64,000 nt of DNA, from assembly GCA_012026655.1 (NCBI GenBank), contig JAAILG010000692.1, positions 1 through 64,000 on the forward strand, given 5' to 3'. The notes below the pieces were generated by a model. It ran no database searches. It saw only the letters and a program-made list of their open reading frames with translations, and had not been told where the DNA came from. Positions within the stretch are counted from its first letter, which is position 1. Each line of letters begins with the position of its first letter. Shown here in pieces: positions 25,787 to 39,308 of this stretch. The DNA comes from Hydrolagus affinis. Taxonomy: Eukaryota. Made by a program: the position numbers and the translations under genes.

Positions 25787-27145
25787 AACCTTTATTTTCA
25801 GTAATGTCTTATGGGGTAAAACAGAGTTGCGGGTATGATTTCAAATGTAGTCTCTTCTTTTCTACATCGGCTTGGAATAAGAGTCCAGGGATTTGTAAAG
25901 TCCATAAGTTAGGTCTAACCTTGCACTACTCACCCCTGCAGTTGTACATCATAGAGAAAATGTTTATTTATAATGCCATTATGTATCAACTACAAAGTTA
26001 TACTTTATACTTTAAAAAGAATAATCTGCCAGGTGTTGTATTTTATAGATAGCTTTCGCCACAATAAATTGTGTTATTTCATAACAGACTGTTTAAGATG
26101 AAATGTGCAATTATTGAATTTCTAAAACATCCAATCTGTTGATGAATCCATGCTTCATTACGTTCCGTGTTGTCGAAATTTGATAATTAAACATTTCTTC
26201 ACAAGACGCCTGTTAAGAAAGACCACAATTAGATGTAGAAACATAGTAATTTTCAGCATAAAAAATTCTACCCGAATTGTCATTCTTTATTATTAATTAA
26301 TTTCAGCTCTTTCCCCATATCTCTTAATAGTTTTAACGCTCAAGTGCTCCGTAGCCTTTCAAGTGATTCTATTGATCAAGCCTCCCATGCATTCTATGCT
26401 AATTTTGCAAGGTACTTTAAAATTGAGTGGCAAAACTACCTATTAATAATGCTTGTTGTTTGATTCCAGGCACCTAACATTGTTAGCTTAAGAACAAAGA
26501 ATTCTTTCATGAGCTAGTTTCACGAGAATTTGTATCTCATCACGTGTGCTTCTTTAAAGTCCAGTTTGGGATTATTACTGAGTGCATGAATAAGAAGTGA
26601 ATTCTGTATTAGGCCAAACAAGGCTTCAATGCACAGATTTCACCATTGTAGAATACTAACATTGCTAATAGGGCCAAACTTCCTTGAAGATTTCCAATCT
26701 TTTATTAACTTCTCCAGCCATCTTTGTTACTTGTTTGCTCAATGACAAGATCATGTGTCATTGCGAACTGCTTTTTTCTTTATAATAGATTCTTAAGGTC
26801 TACCACTTTGCTGGTCAATTTAACAGGCTTTGAATTCTGCCACTGTTTAACTCTGTTTAGAAATAAAATCGGATATTACAATGGCTATTTTCCAATGGAG
26901 AAAGAGAAAGGGTGTGAAAAATACAGTGGTGGATGTAATCATTATCTTTGATGATATTATAACCTTGGAATTCAGCCGATATCTGGTGATCACCCGACGA
27001 CATCATCAAAACAGTGTTGCTTCAGGCACCATTGGATCCTTTGCTCTGCACATGACACTAAATCAGTGCCAGCTCAATCATTCAGTCTTTACTCCACAAC
27101 ATGCAGCACTTCTCTTGGTTAATGCTCTGACCATATTATAAATAT

Positions 27146-27563
27146 AATAATAATCATCCTTGCATTTGATACAACGCCTTATCATGTCTTCACGGCATCT
27201 CAAAGTGCATCACAGAATATACTGTCAAGTGAATTAGCTGTGCATTTACGGTATATTATAGTAATAATCCTCACATTTGATAAAGCGCTTTACGCATCTT
27301 AAGACGTCTCAAAGCACTTCACAGAATATACCATAATGCGAATTGTCTGTCTATTTTGTGGGCGAAACGCGGCAGCCAATTGTGCACAGCAGTGTCCCAC
27401 AAACAGTCTTGGATTCAGATGAACAATTTATTATTGTGTTTTTGGAGGGGTTATTATCAGGTGTGTGGAGTTAGGAAACTTGCCCAAGATTTCACCCTGC
27501 CTGGAATGGAACCCTGGAAGCGCTTGCAAGGTGAGTGCTCTAACCACTGAGCTACAGGACTCC
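27146..27563 (-). mobile_element. Two tandem SINEs: 3' fragment (27146-27250) and full-length copy (27263-27563)
   Basis: Two successive tails; head ends GCTCTAACCACTGAGCTACAGGACTCC. Confidence 0.92.
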
Positions 27564-27934
27564 ACATTACAAATAATGTATTAAATAGGGAGCATGAATC
27601 TATTATTTCTTCGTGCCCATCTTCTGCTGTGAGGCAGTTTAAGGGCTTGGAGAAGACCTGATTCTTTCTGAACTAAGATGTAGCTCTGCATCAGTATTTG
27701 TCTTGCAGGTGATTCTATTTTAGCGTTTCAGAATCCGCTAGTGAATCTCCTCCAGAAATCAGACGCGAGAGGTGAGAAGCGGTGAATCGTCCATTGTTAT
27801 CAATAAGTGGCAATCAAGAAGTGAATTAATAACTGTGCGTACATTTGCAATCGCTCAAAACGTGGCACAGAACGGAACAAAGACCGGGCTGAGAACTGTA
27901 CTGTGAAAATCTGCCTCTCATACTTACTTGCAAT

Positions 27935-28030
27935 TCCGGTCCCGGTTCCGGTCCCTGACTCTTGTGTGACTTGGGATGTCCTTCGCACGTGAAAGGCGCT
28001 CTATAAATCTAATCTTGTTGTTGTTGTTGG
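27935..28030 (+). mobile_element. L2 3' tail (family A)
   Basis: TTGGGATGTCC..CGTGAAAGGCGCTCTATAAAT..(TTG)n. Confidence 0.75.
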
Positions 28031-29204
28031 TCAAAAGGATCTCACGCGATAGAAATTTAATAGCACGGATAAAAGTACGATACTTTAATTTATGAACTGA
28101 CTGCCTCACTCTGACCTGACTGGTTCTGATTTACCAGCCGCAGCTCTGTGCTTTCACAAAATGGGTTCTTATTTTTTGTTTTCAGATTCGCTTTCCTTTC
28201 AGTCCCCCCAAAAATTTCTCTGTTGACAGTACTTCCTATTCCAGGAGCTTGTTTGAGCGCAGCTATATTCAAGGCAAATTACTTCCAATCTATTTTCTTT
28301 ATGATGCCGTCAAATTTCAAGTTCTCCCTTATTCACATTTTACAGCGAGATGAGATTCGATGTGTTTTGTGCATGGGGGTGTAACGTTTCTCAGCAATCG
28401 GTTTAGTCTGTCTTATCACTCAAGGAAACAATAAAATTCATCAGGCTATTGACCCATTACGGCTCATTGGAGTGCAGTCAGATTCACCCTCCCAGAGAAC
28501 AGGACCGTTTATAAGGTAATAACAGCAATGCCACTGTCACACTGTCACAATAATGAACTGATGATCAAGGTTTCTGTGCGAAAACTATTCAGGCATCTCA
28601 AATATAAAGTAGAATGATGCTAAAGTAATAATAATAGTGCTTGAATTTGATGCAGCACCTTATCAAGTTGTAACATCTCGAAATGCTGTCCATTGAGTTA
28701 TCTCAAATGAGTTACTTTGAAGTGCGGTAACTGTGCTTATAGAGTCAAATGTGGCAGCTAAGCTACACCAACAATGTTCCACAATGAACAATGAGATGAG
28801 TGCTCAAATTTAATGTGTTTTGGGGGGAGCTTTCTCTGCAATCTGCCAACTACAATTGTTACATCCCATCACTGGAGGCCCACATTGTTTATAGAATGCA
28901 AAACATGTGTACAAGTGACAAGCTTAATTAACTTTTCTGAGAGTTGCACCAGATTTTCCACTGTTTATTACCATTGCTTGGCTCTAGTGTCAATCAGATG
29001 TGATTACAAAGACAGGGGATTTAATGTTTGTCTCTGAATTAATCCTGGAACCCATAGAAGTAGAGCTCAGTCACATCACAGCAGTCACTGAAGCAAAAGA
29101 AAAAGAATAAAAATTGCAAAAAATTTCTGCCTCCCAAAAACAGATGCGTAATAAAAATTGTTTGATGTATTGCAGTGGAGCGAGAGTGGGAAGTCTCAAT
29201 ACAA

Positions 29205-29350
29205 TACAAAATACAAAATCACATTTGGATGGCGCCTTTCACATCAGTAGGACGTCCCAAGGCACTGGACAGTCAGGGATTCGGAACCGAGCTGGGGTTT
29301 GGGATCAGGAGGAAGGTGGAGGGCAAGGAAGGGTAGGATGGTGGACAAAG
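29205..29350 (-). mobile_element. L2 3' tail (family A)
   Basis: GCGCCTTTCACATCAGTAGGACGTCCCAAGGCACTGGACAGTCAGG. Confidence 0.8.
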
Positions 29351-29711
29351 GCAATGTATTGTTGACCCCTATCTTTCAACTCTGGAATGCAACCCCATGG
29401 GAAGGGCACATTATAAATGCGACTAGTTGTGTTTGTTGTTGTTAATGCTTCATTGAGTGGCATTCTTGGCCAGTGCATACTGTCTCACTCATTTCTAATG
29501 TGACTCTCACACTCCTCCATTGGTAAACCTGTCGCCAAATATCTTCACTTTTGTGCCAAAAGCTTTTTCTTCCTCAGGAATTCTTATGTCTCTAAAATGT
29601 CTGAATCATTCCAAGGTATGACAGTATGCGTACTGTTCTAATATTTAGGGAAGCTCCTCCAGACCGATCTCACACTCAGAGCACAGACAAGGGAACACTT
29701 GTCATTTGACC

Positions 29712-30053
29712 GGTGATGCTGTAGCTTAGTGGTTAGAGCATTCCCCTCTCTTCCCTGGGTTCGATCCCTGGGCAGGACAAAATGTTTCCTTGCACCACAC
29801 ACCTCCGTTTACCTATCAGTAAGTAGGAACCCAGTTGTTAGTCGATTGGCGGATCGCTTTTCCGGGGGTAATAATCTCTTTTAAAAAAATTGGGCACTCA
29901 ATCCACAATGGTGGGACACTGCTGTGTGCAATTCGCTGCCGCGTTTCGCCCACAAAATATGCAGTCAATTCCCTTTACAGTATATTCTGTGGAGCGCTTT
30001 GAGACGTCTCAAAGATGTGATAAGGCCCTATTTGAAATGAAAGGATTATTATT
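29712..30053 (+). mobile_element. tRNA-derived SINE, long variant with an extra ~60-bp central segment
   Basis: Head TGTAGCTTAGTGGTTAGAGC..GGTTCGATCCC, extra CCGTTTACCTATCAGTAAGTAGGAACCCAGTTGTTAGT.., then family body and tail. Confidence 0.88.
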
Positions 30054-30963
30054 GTTATGTTCATAGATGATTCATGATGGAATGATTAGTTAAGATCCAA
30101 AGCTGCCATGAGTTAGTTTTGATTCTTAAGCTGATTTTTTGCAACCTCCATCAATATCTGCAGCAAACCAGTCTTCTCCCGAAGCCATCGCTCAGTATGA
30201 TGAGTGGGTCCTGTAGCTATTCTTAAAGATAAGAGACTCAAGAAAAGTCGGAGCAAGTGGAAGACTGGAAACGGTTAGAGCTGCTGCTGCTTACAAAAAG
30301 TAGAAAATTACCGTGAACAGGTACTCAGTGGGAGATGGATGTAAGGGTAACGGCTTTAAAGGGTCCATCTACTGGCAATATCTCTGAAAATTGGCGCTAA
30401 ATATGCTAGCTACAGGCATCAAGCCATCCACATGATGAACAGACCTCTGTCACAGGCATCATTAAACAATGCTCATGACTAACAGACCTCTCTCAGTTGT
30501 CTGATAAGATTCACTGATCTATCTAACTGCAAAAGAGGGTGAATTGTAAGCCGACACATCTATATGACACATCGATGGTAAATGTGCATTACAAAGGGAG
30601 GAATCTGCTCATTTGGCTTCTGCCCAGTAATTTCTCACCTCCAGTCAAATGCACACCTTGTGTCATACCCAGGAAGGAGAGCTAAGCTATTTGTCAGCAA
30701 CCTCTGTTAAATGTGACAGAAATCTCTAACTGTGAGACTGATAAATTATATAAATAAATTGGCTTTTCTGCCGAGTCAGAGCACGGCAAGGCCAAAGCTT
30801 CAGTTATTTTGCAAGTTGACAGAATGAACACAATATAATGTGACTTTGAGTGTATTACAGCACAGAATCTGCAGAAATTCTGAAGATAATATATTGATGT
30901 ACCGACACATCGAGATTGGAATTTGCGGGTGGAGGTGAAACATTTTTAGGAAAGAAATGGAGT

Positions 30964-31200
30964 CAACAACAACAAAACACAGCAAAATTACATTTGTATA
31001 GCGCCTTTCACGTCAGAAGGACGTCCCAGCAGATACCATCCCATGGCTTCACTGAGGCTCAGGAACAACAACAATAATAATATTAATAATAATAATCCTT
31101 GCATTTGACATAGCTCCTCATCACATATTTGAGATATTTGAGTGTGCTTCACAGAATAGCATGTTAAATGAATTGACTGTATATTTAGTGGGCAAAACTA
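30964..31200 (-). mobile_element. L2 tail (30964-31030) plus SINE 3' fragment (31070-31200)
   Basis: AAATTACATTTGTATAGCGCCTTTCACGTCAGAAGGACGTCCC; then (AAT)n CCTTGCATTTGAC. Confidence 0.8.
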
Positions 31201-31848
31201 CGCAATATGAGTACTGCAGCACATGATTGGGAATCCTGCTGCACAAGTGTTGTTTATTTTACCTGCAATAGTAGAATGGAAAATTCATCACATTGTATGT
31301 TTTATGTGAACTATTTGCATATCCCATGCCAGTCTTTGAGTTCATGATCTGGAATGATACCTCAGTGCAGTATTGTTGAGGGAACACTAGATTGTTGGGG
31401 ACACTGTGTTTCAGGTGAGAAATTAAACTAAGGCGGGCATTAAAATCCCATGATAGTTATATTGAAAAAGAACAGGGAGTTTGCCTGGCGTCCCAACTAA
31501 TATTGTTCCCTCTTCCAATCTCATCAGGTTGCAGGGAAAAATCCATATCTTTTTACTGGGCTCGGTGCAGTCTAAAGCAGTAACTTGATGAAGATGATCA
31601 ATTCTGTGTTGGGAGTCCACAATATTATGGGTCAAAAATAGCACCAGTATAGATACTGGTTCTCAAGGCAGTTTACTGTGTTTATACAAAGGACAACAGG
31701 TGGTGCAACCGCACGTCAATGTTCCCCTGTTTAGGCTGCTAAATGTGAGTCTTCCTTTGCAATTCTCCTCAGACACCATCAGGGAGGTTTCTCATATGAC
31801 AGTCTTTGAAATAGTGACCCCAAGGATCAAGGCAAGATGAAAGTGGTT

Positions 31849-31919
31849 AACAACAACAACGACAACAAAATTACAGCTGTAGAGCGCCTTTCACGTCAGG
31901 AGGACATCCCAAGGCGCTA
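31849..31919 (-). mobile_element. L2 3' tail (family A)
   Basis: (AAC)n..AGCGCCTTTCACGTCAGGAGGACATCCCAAGGCGCT. Confidence 0.8.
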
Positions 31920-31929
31920 GCATCATTAG

Positions 31930-32150
31930 AAAAGGGTGGGTTTAGAAGGAATTTATTTTAAAACAAAAAAAGATTGTTAGGTTGTGGAATGCCGTGTCAT
32001 CAAGGCTTGTAAACCATATTAGCTTTCCAGATGGAACTAGATAGATATCTAATCGTGCAGGGGTAAATGGTAGAGAATGGATTGCTCTTTCAAAATCCCG
32101 GTACAGACATGACTGGCCAAATGGACTTCTTCTGATGTAAATTTCTATGG
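31930..32150 (+). mobile_element. Decayed CR1 3' end
   Basis: GTTAGGTTGTGGAATGCC..GAACTAGATAG..GACTGGCCAAATGGACTTCTTCTG..TTTCTATG. Confidence 0.65.
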
Positions 32151-33684
32151 TTTTAATATTAGTAACAGCATTCAGTGTTTGATAGACCTTGGTTTCCACC
32201 CATTTTATGCAGATGTCTAAACAGAGGTAAACATTGTTAGCTCAACTGTGGTGATGTAGACATGTACTGTATTAGATTATGGAAATGTGATACCCATGAG
32301 CGCCCAAATAGAATTTCTCCCAGCTATTCTGAATTTCCAGCAACCAGCATGGATAACTGGTCAATTTTACGAGACATCTGTCCTTGTTACAGTTATCCAC
32401 AAATGGATTGGGTTTGCCACCTGTTCACATTTTGAGCCGGAATGTTTGGCCATTTGTAAAATATAATTCAGCCACCGACATCATTTTTTTAAAAAAGATA
32501 TAAATCTATTTTTTCAAATTCTGTATCGTGTGATAAATACAGAGGCGTTAGTGATCGGGCCTGTCAGTGTACTTGGTGTATTGTAGTATTCAGAAAGAAA
32601 ACAATGGAGCCCACAAATATGCTGATACTCTCCTGCCATCTGTCTTCTATTTTGGATCTGGAAACAAGTTTGTGAACCCTCATTTGATACTAAATATTAC
32701 TTGGAATAATAAATAAATAAAATCAGTGGGATGACTGGAACACCAACACTCATTAATCATTATAAACCAACTGTTCTTTATTACATTTCAAATCGCGTGA
32801 CAACTCTGAGGACTGAACTTTTTCTTTAAGTCTCTCTCTCTCTCTCTGACATATTCAACCTCATTTTGGCAGCTAGAGTTTGGTTTATTCTCGCTGATCC
32901 AGAGCGAATATGATCTGCCTCTGCATTGTAGTCCTTAAGGCTTTTCTAACAAGCTGCCTCGGACAGTAATTACAATGGCTCGAAGTTGCCAGTGAAAGAA
33001 TGCTGGAGACAAAAAATCCCAAATGCTAGAAAGTGAAACATAAACAGGCAATTTACACTCTTGCTAAAGGGAGGAAATTCTCACTGAAGCAGAACTCTTA
33101 ATTGGTAACTTTCAGAGAAAGCTGTACAATTTCAAGCAACACCGCATTCAGAGAGTGTCTGCCATGAATTGTAGTTGGGTTGTGGATATTGAGGAGCAAT
33201 GTTTGATATGCTAAATAGATACCATTAACACATCAACTCAGAGTAAAAGGCTTAACGGCAATAAGGTGAGAATGGATATCAGTTGTATTATTTTGTTCGT
33301 ACACCTCACTATTACTGCACTGCTATGTCACTTTAGATCTTACCATTTTTCCTGTTTCCACGAGTTTTATTTCACTGAATTCCCTAATTAGTCTTTCAGT
33401 GGTAACATTGTACTGCTGATGTGTTTCATTTTACAAAGTCCCACATTGGAGTCCAGTCGGGGGAACTGCTGAAATGTGTGCAATTAACGTTGAAAATTCT
33501 CAAGTATTCTCTTCCTAAATCTTTTACATTGATTTATCAGTACCATATTCTGAGGAGCTCAGACAGCTGAGAACTACATTTCAACCCAGAGGTTGTGCAT
33601 TTCAACCCCAATGGGTTAATTAAGCCCTTCAATAAGTACTTCCTTTAGAGATGAATTGTCATAGGGCCATAGAAATATTGGCAA

Positions 33685-34360
33685 ACTTACAAACAGTAGA
33701 GGCCATTCAGCTCATCAAGCTGGTCAGCCCCAGTTTATTATTAACCCTTTGCGGATCTTTTATAATATTAATAAATCTTTGCATTTGATATATCGTTTCA
33801 TCACAGCGAGGGGATGGCTCAAAGCACTTCACATCAGTTATTGTGAAGTGTAATGACTGTATTTGTAAGCCAACACCGCAGGCGATTTGCACACAGAAAT
33901 GTCTCACAAATAGCCATGAAGTGAACCATCAATTTTTTAACCTGGAGAATTATTGGCCAGAAAACTGGGAGAAAATTATTTTTCTTTCCGAAGATTGCCA
34001 CGGGATCTTTAAAGTCCACATGAAAAGGCAGTTAAATGTTCCTCTGATGGTACCTCTGACAGCACAGCACTACACTGGAGTGTCAGCCTAAACTTTGAGT
34101 TTCAAAGTATGTACTAAGGTGTGTCTTGAATCCTTCTGACCCAGAGGCTAAGCCAACTGAGCCAGGATAATTCCCCACACGTTTGCTATGCCCCTAATAT
34201 CTCTACTAACCAACACTGACTGTATCTCTTTTTATACATCTCTGTAGATTCCACGTCTACAGCTTTCCAGAGCACAACATTTCAGATGTTCACAAATCTC
34301 TGTGTGAAGAACTGACCTCAGTTCTAACTATCTTAGTTCTGATTTTAAGGCTCTGCCCCG
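33685..34360 (-). mobile_element. Old CR1 3' fragment interrupted by a DeuSINE-like SINE (33765-34165)
   Basis: GAGGCCATTCAGCTCATCAAG then SINE (TGCATTTGATAT..CACTGGAGTGTCAGCCTA..CCAACTGAGCCA), then CR1-like CACAAATCTCTGTGTGAAGAA. Confidence 0.65.
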
Positions 34361-37300
34361 TGTAATGAAATGAATTTAGTAGAGTGAGAATTTCTGATTC
34401 AGCCAACCTTGTTTGCCTTGGAGCCAGTTGCAATATTTTTCCTCTGTACAAATGAGTGCACTCCGACTCTAGTTTTGATTTATCCTACAGTGGCAATCTT
34501 TTTGACTAAATTATATCCTTCCGAAGCTTGAAATCCCACAGTCTTCAGCCGTGTTACACTTTTTGTCTTAAAATCTGCAATCAAGCAGAAATGTGGAACA
34601 TCCTTAAAGCCAGTCTTAATTTGGAAGCTGATTTTTTGCAGTTATTTAATAGAACTGTTTTTCAAATTAAGAGTTATTTTAAAATGCCCCTTAATTGTTC
34701 TCAATCTTAAATTTTTAAGGGAAATGGTTTTACAAGCTCAGACAAGGCCCACAATCAGATCATTGGTATTCTTTGTACCCTTGAACACTTTTGCTAATGA
34801 CATCTCCATTACATTTGGCAAGATTTGTCACTGTGCATTTTTAAACTACAGTAGTTGCAACTTTGAGGGTTTATTTAACCAAAGTTTTGTGCATAATTTT
34901 CTCTTAATTAGCTCTGGGACGCTACCTGGAGGGAGAGACTCTATTTAAATGCAGGTTGTTGTTGTCGTGGTTACGTATATGTTATAGTTGACAGCTTTTG
35001 CATCTATTCCTTTACAGTACTTTATTTTCTCTCCTTTTCTGTTGCTTCTCTGCAACAACAATGTTGTCCACTCACCAGCCAACCAATGTACCTTCTTCTG
35101 TCTGTGATTGCACTCTACATTCAACAGATTCCCTCAAACAGAATGCCCTCAGTACATAGAATTTTCATTCCTCTTGTAGTGCAATGCTCAATCAATAAAC
35201 CTTGATCATAAACATGTCTTTTAATAGAGAAATGAAAATCCTGTTTATTTCCAATCTTTGAAGGCACCATCTTTTCATGTGCCTTGTAAGTCTAAGCAAA
35301 GACTAACACCTCTTACCTTTGATGTCTCCCCCTAAATCACCCTCTCGAAGCATTCAAATTTTGGCCTTACAAGCTCCTTTGATCTCAGATGGAACTAGCT
35401 CATCTCCAATACTGAGGCCTCCTCTTTCATACCAAACACTATTTTCCCTTCGATATTTCCTATATCTCTCTCTGTAACACACCAGTCTGCCAACGCTTGA
35501 GTGTGCTTCCCACATCTGAGGAACCTCTTCATTCTCTTGGATAATTGAGCAGTAGATATATCTTCTCTGATCTCAAACCTTTCACCTTCCACCTCAACCC
35601 CATTGGCTTTTTCTTCTTTATCAATACCACGCTGTACATTGTTCCTCTGAACTATCCCCTCATTCCTCCAAAGCTTCTGTTTCTACAAATGTTGCCTCCT
35701 TTCCAACATTTACTGCATTGAAAATACAGTGCAGTAAACATCTTTGGTGTCAAACAATTGCAATTTATTGGTTTTTCATATTCTTATTTTGCTTTCTTTT
35801 CACTGCTAGTGATGGCACTAGTGATGGCATGGTACCTGACCTTGGCTTGTTAAAGAAAGGATGTTTTAGCCAAAATGCACAATTGGGTCTCAGTACCTTA
35901 AGTCAGGTTCAGCTGGGTACACAGACAAGCAGAAAAACTCAATGTGTTTAAACAGGGATTACATTCAGGATGAAGAATCAGTTAATTAGTAGAGTGTACA
36001 AAGTGCCTGAATAAATGCAGTACTTTACAGTATATTGGAATGCAAACATATAGGATATAGAAACACACACAGAATTCACACTCATCCGCAGATACTCACC
36101 AGATATGCTAATGTACAGCAATGCACTGGCCCTTTTAAGCTTCAATAAAGATTGACTAGCAATGGGTTCATCTGACATCAATGGCATTCCAAACTACCAG
36201 CGATCACAGCATGGGTGACTTAAGCCTAGAGAGAGAGAAAGAGTTAGTGGAGTGGGATGAAAAGCAATCACTGTAAGGAAAAGAGGGATCTAAACTGGGA
36301 TGAAAGTGAAACTTGCTGTTTTGAAAAAAAATCTAAACTTTGATCTACATTCTTATGTCACTACAGTATTTCTTGAAACATTTCTTTGGAGTGAATCCTG
36401 CTGCTGAGATGGCAACGAGGTGGTAGATGAAAATACCTTTAGCATTCAAGTGATTTTCTTTATCTTCCTTGCTGCAAATGTCACAATAAAATGCTGGTGA
36501 CATTTCTGTATACGTGACTTCTACTCACCAGAAATATCTATCAAATAAAACCACGTAGAGAAAGTCAACTTGGTCTTCCCATCAAAAAAAAGAGTGTGGT
36601 CGCATGAAAGGTTATGGTTAGTTTGTGACCGTTTGGAATAGGCAATAGTGATCGGGCACCACGGTAGGTTTGAATTAGCACAGCACCAAAATCAACTCGC
36701 TCTTTGTATTCTTGAATGCTTCAAATAAAAAGAAACCTTTATGTTATGCAACGAGCGGTGAGATGTATAAATAAACAATAACGCTTTGCATTTGTTGGGG
36801 CGCCTTTAAAATCAAGGGGATGTCTCCAAGCTCTTCACAGGAATTACGTAAACGTGTAGTGACTGTGTATTTTGTAGCTGAATGTGGTAGCCGATTTTCA
36901 CGCAGCCGTGAATCACCATCAGGCCACCTTGCCTCTTCCTCGTCTCCAATCCTCAGCTCAAAAATGCCACAAAGAAATTGCCTCACTTTATTTTCATTCT
37001 GCTGTTCACTTTAATCTTTAATTGAAGTTTTATTTTTAAAATGCTCTGTAATATTTGTCATGTATGGAACCGCCAAAATCAATCAATATCTCTCTCCCGA
37101 AGCCGGAGCACAGTCAGTAAAATCCATTGCTGCTTCTTGATTTTCTCTCTTAATATCTCTCTGTCTGTTTAGCTGTTTGCAGACACTTTTTTTTCTCCAA
37201 TACAGTTTGCTATTTGGTAGGTTAAATCATGTTTGCAAATGTCTTTTAGTCAATTAAATGACAACCATGTCAAGATTGACAAGGACAAGCAAATCTTTGA

Positions 37301-37884
37301 TGTGTTCAACAGAAAGACAGCAAAATTGGTAATAGCCTTCACAGTTAGGTTCCGTCTGTTTCCTCCCTCTTTCTGTTTTCTATCACATCTCCTATTTCTC
37401 TCCTATTATTTTCTCCCCCAGCATCTACCCTACGTGAAGTGTGCTCCATAAATGCAAGTCATCATGGTTGTTTCCTTCTTACATTGTTCATCCTTCCTCC
37501 CGTTCCTAATTTCACGCCACTTCTTATTTCTATATTTGTACTATAGGATTGCAAGACCTTCTACATTCTCCAACCAGGCCGAACAGTTTGCCAGACTGCT
37601 CACCCACTATAGCAATGAGCTTCAAAGAGCTGAAATATTCAGACCATGCTGAGCTTACTATTGCAATTCCTGATGCCAATGTTCTGCTAGAAAAAGCAGT
37701 GTGGTTCAGAAAAGCCATCTACATCCCATCTCTTGATGACGCCAATTATGTCTGAGTGTTGCCTCGTTCACTCGTTTCATGTTATGTGTGCTGTAGACAG
37801 AAGGTGTTTAATACATTATTTAATTAAAAAAACACAATAAAAAGACACAATGATTCAAGCAAACCTAGGTACAAAATATATTCC

Positions 37885-38026
37885 ATGTTGAGGAAGACAT
37901 GTTTGCAGGGCTATGGGGAGAGAGCGAGGGAATGGGATTGATTTGGAGGGTTCTTTTCAAGGAGAAGGCACAGACACGATGGGTTAAATGGCCTCCTTCT
38001 GTAATGTATAATTCTATGATTCGATG
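37885..38026 (+). mobile_element. CR1 3' end
   Basis: GGGCTATGGGGAGAGAGCG..GATGGGTTAAATGGCCTCCTTCTG..ATTCTATGATTCGATG. Confidence 0.85.
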
Positions 38027-38263
38027 TTAGGATCCCATGTTAGGCTTGACTTGAGCTCCTTACCGTACATAAATAATTTAAGGGACTGATGGGCTACCAT
38101 CTGAAATTGTAGACCCACAAAAGTAAGAGATGTGAACATTTTGACTTGCTAATGTCTAAATAATGCCAACCTTTTTGCCCAATAAAAGATAAGCTAGTGA
38201 ACGGTAAGGTACTCGATGGGAAACAAAAATGTCAGTCTTGCTTTGGGGCTTGTGTAGCTAAAT

Positions 38264-38295
38264 CGCCCTCTGGTGGCCAATGGCGGGCACAGCAG
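38264..38295 (-). promoter_or_regulatory. Predicted CTCF binding site (core plus upstream module)
   Basis: Minus strand CTGCTGTGCC-CGCCAT-TGGCCACCAGAGGGCG; near-consensus core, not inside a recognisable repeat. Confidence 0.7.
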
Positions 38296-38976
38296 ACCGT
38301 GGCCTGGTGATCACGCGACCGGGCTCAATGGAGATGTCAGGGCATGAGCCACTGGCCATTCTCTGAACTGCCAAGTGTCACTGATTAGCTGTGGCAATTG
38401 CTCACTCGCGTCATTGACTGCACACACAATGTAATTTGTGCTCTGACCCATACCCCAGTACCTAAGCATTACAACGCTGTCATATGCAAGGCGAAGGACA
38501 AGCTTTTTACACGTGCAACTGACGATCTTTGGGCTCCACAAATATAAGCTTCATCTGTCTCCTATTGTGGACGGCTTTAAGCCGGCTGCAGGATTGGATC
38601 ATTGATGATGTGGGATTTGCTTTAACGCGATGGTTAATGATTCTCTCGCCCGCACAATGCCTCAAATGTGAAATTCCGGAGTTGTCAATCAAGGATATCT
38701 CTGGGCTATTCGAGCAAAGGTTCCATGGCTGAGGCGCCTCAGGTGGTGCTTTAAAGTATCACTCCATCAAAGGCGATACATCCATCATCAAAACACTGCG
38801 TTTTGCACAACATTGATAAAATCAGAGGCTCTCACCGTGGCTATTGCTGAACAGCACACAGGGTGATGTGGGTAAGAATGACCTTAAAAGACTGATCTAC
38901 ACCGTGTTGCTGGACAAGATCAATTCAATCACGCAGATGTCTTGATCTCACTTTGCATTTGCGAATGCTGATGACG

Positions 38977-39308
38977 ATAATAATAATAACAATTATAATA
39001 TTCCTTGCATTAGATATAAAGCTTTTCATGTCTTCTAGACGTCTCAAAGCGCTTCATAGAATAAACTGTAAAGTGAATTGACTGTATATTTGTGGGCGCA
39101 ACATGGCGGCCAATTGCGCACAGCAGTGTCCCACAAATAGTCGTGGATTAAAATGACCAATTTTATTATTGTGTTTTTTTGGAGGGATTATTATGAGGCG
39201 TGTGGAGTAAGGAAATTTGCCCAAGGTTTTGCCTTGATCTGCCTGGATTCGAACACAGGTCTCACGCTTGTAAGGCGAGTGCTCTAACCACTGAGCTACA
39301 TGAGCTCC
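38977..39308 (-). mobile_element. tRNA-derived SINE, full length
   Basis: Complete family tail, body and head. Confidence 0.95.

Noticed and set aside
35300-35720. Possible Penelope ORF or pLTR relic (also 3420-3660 and 22800-22890)
   Set aside because: Similarity is too faint to support by eye.
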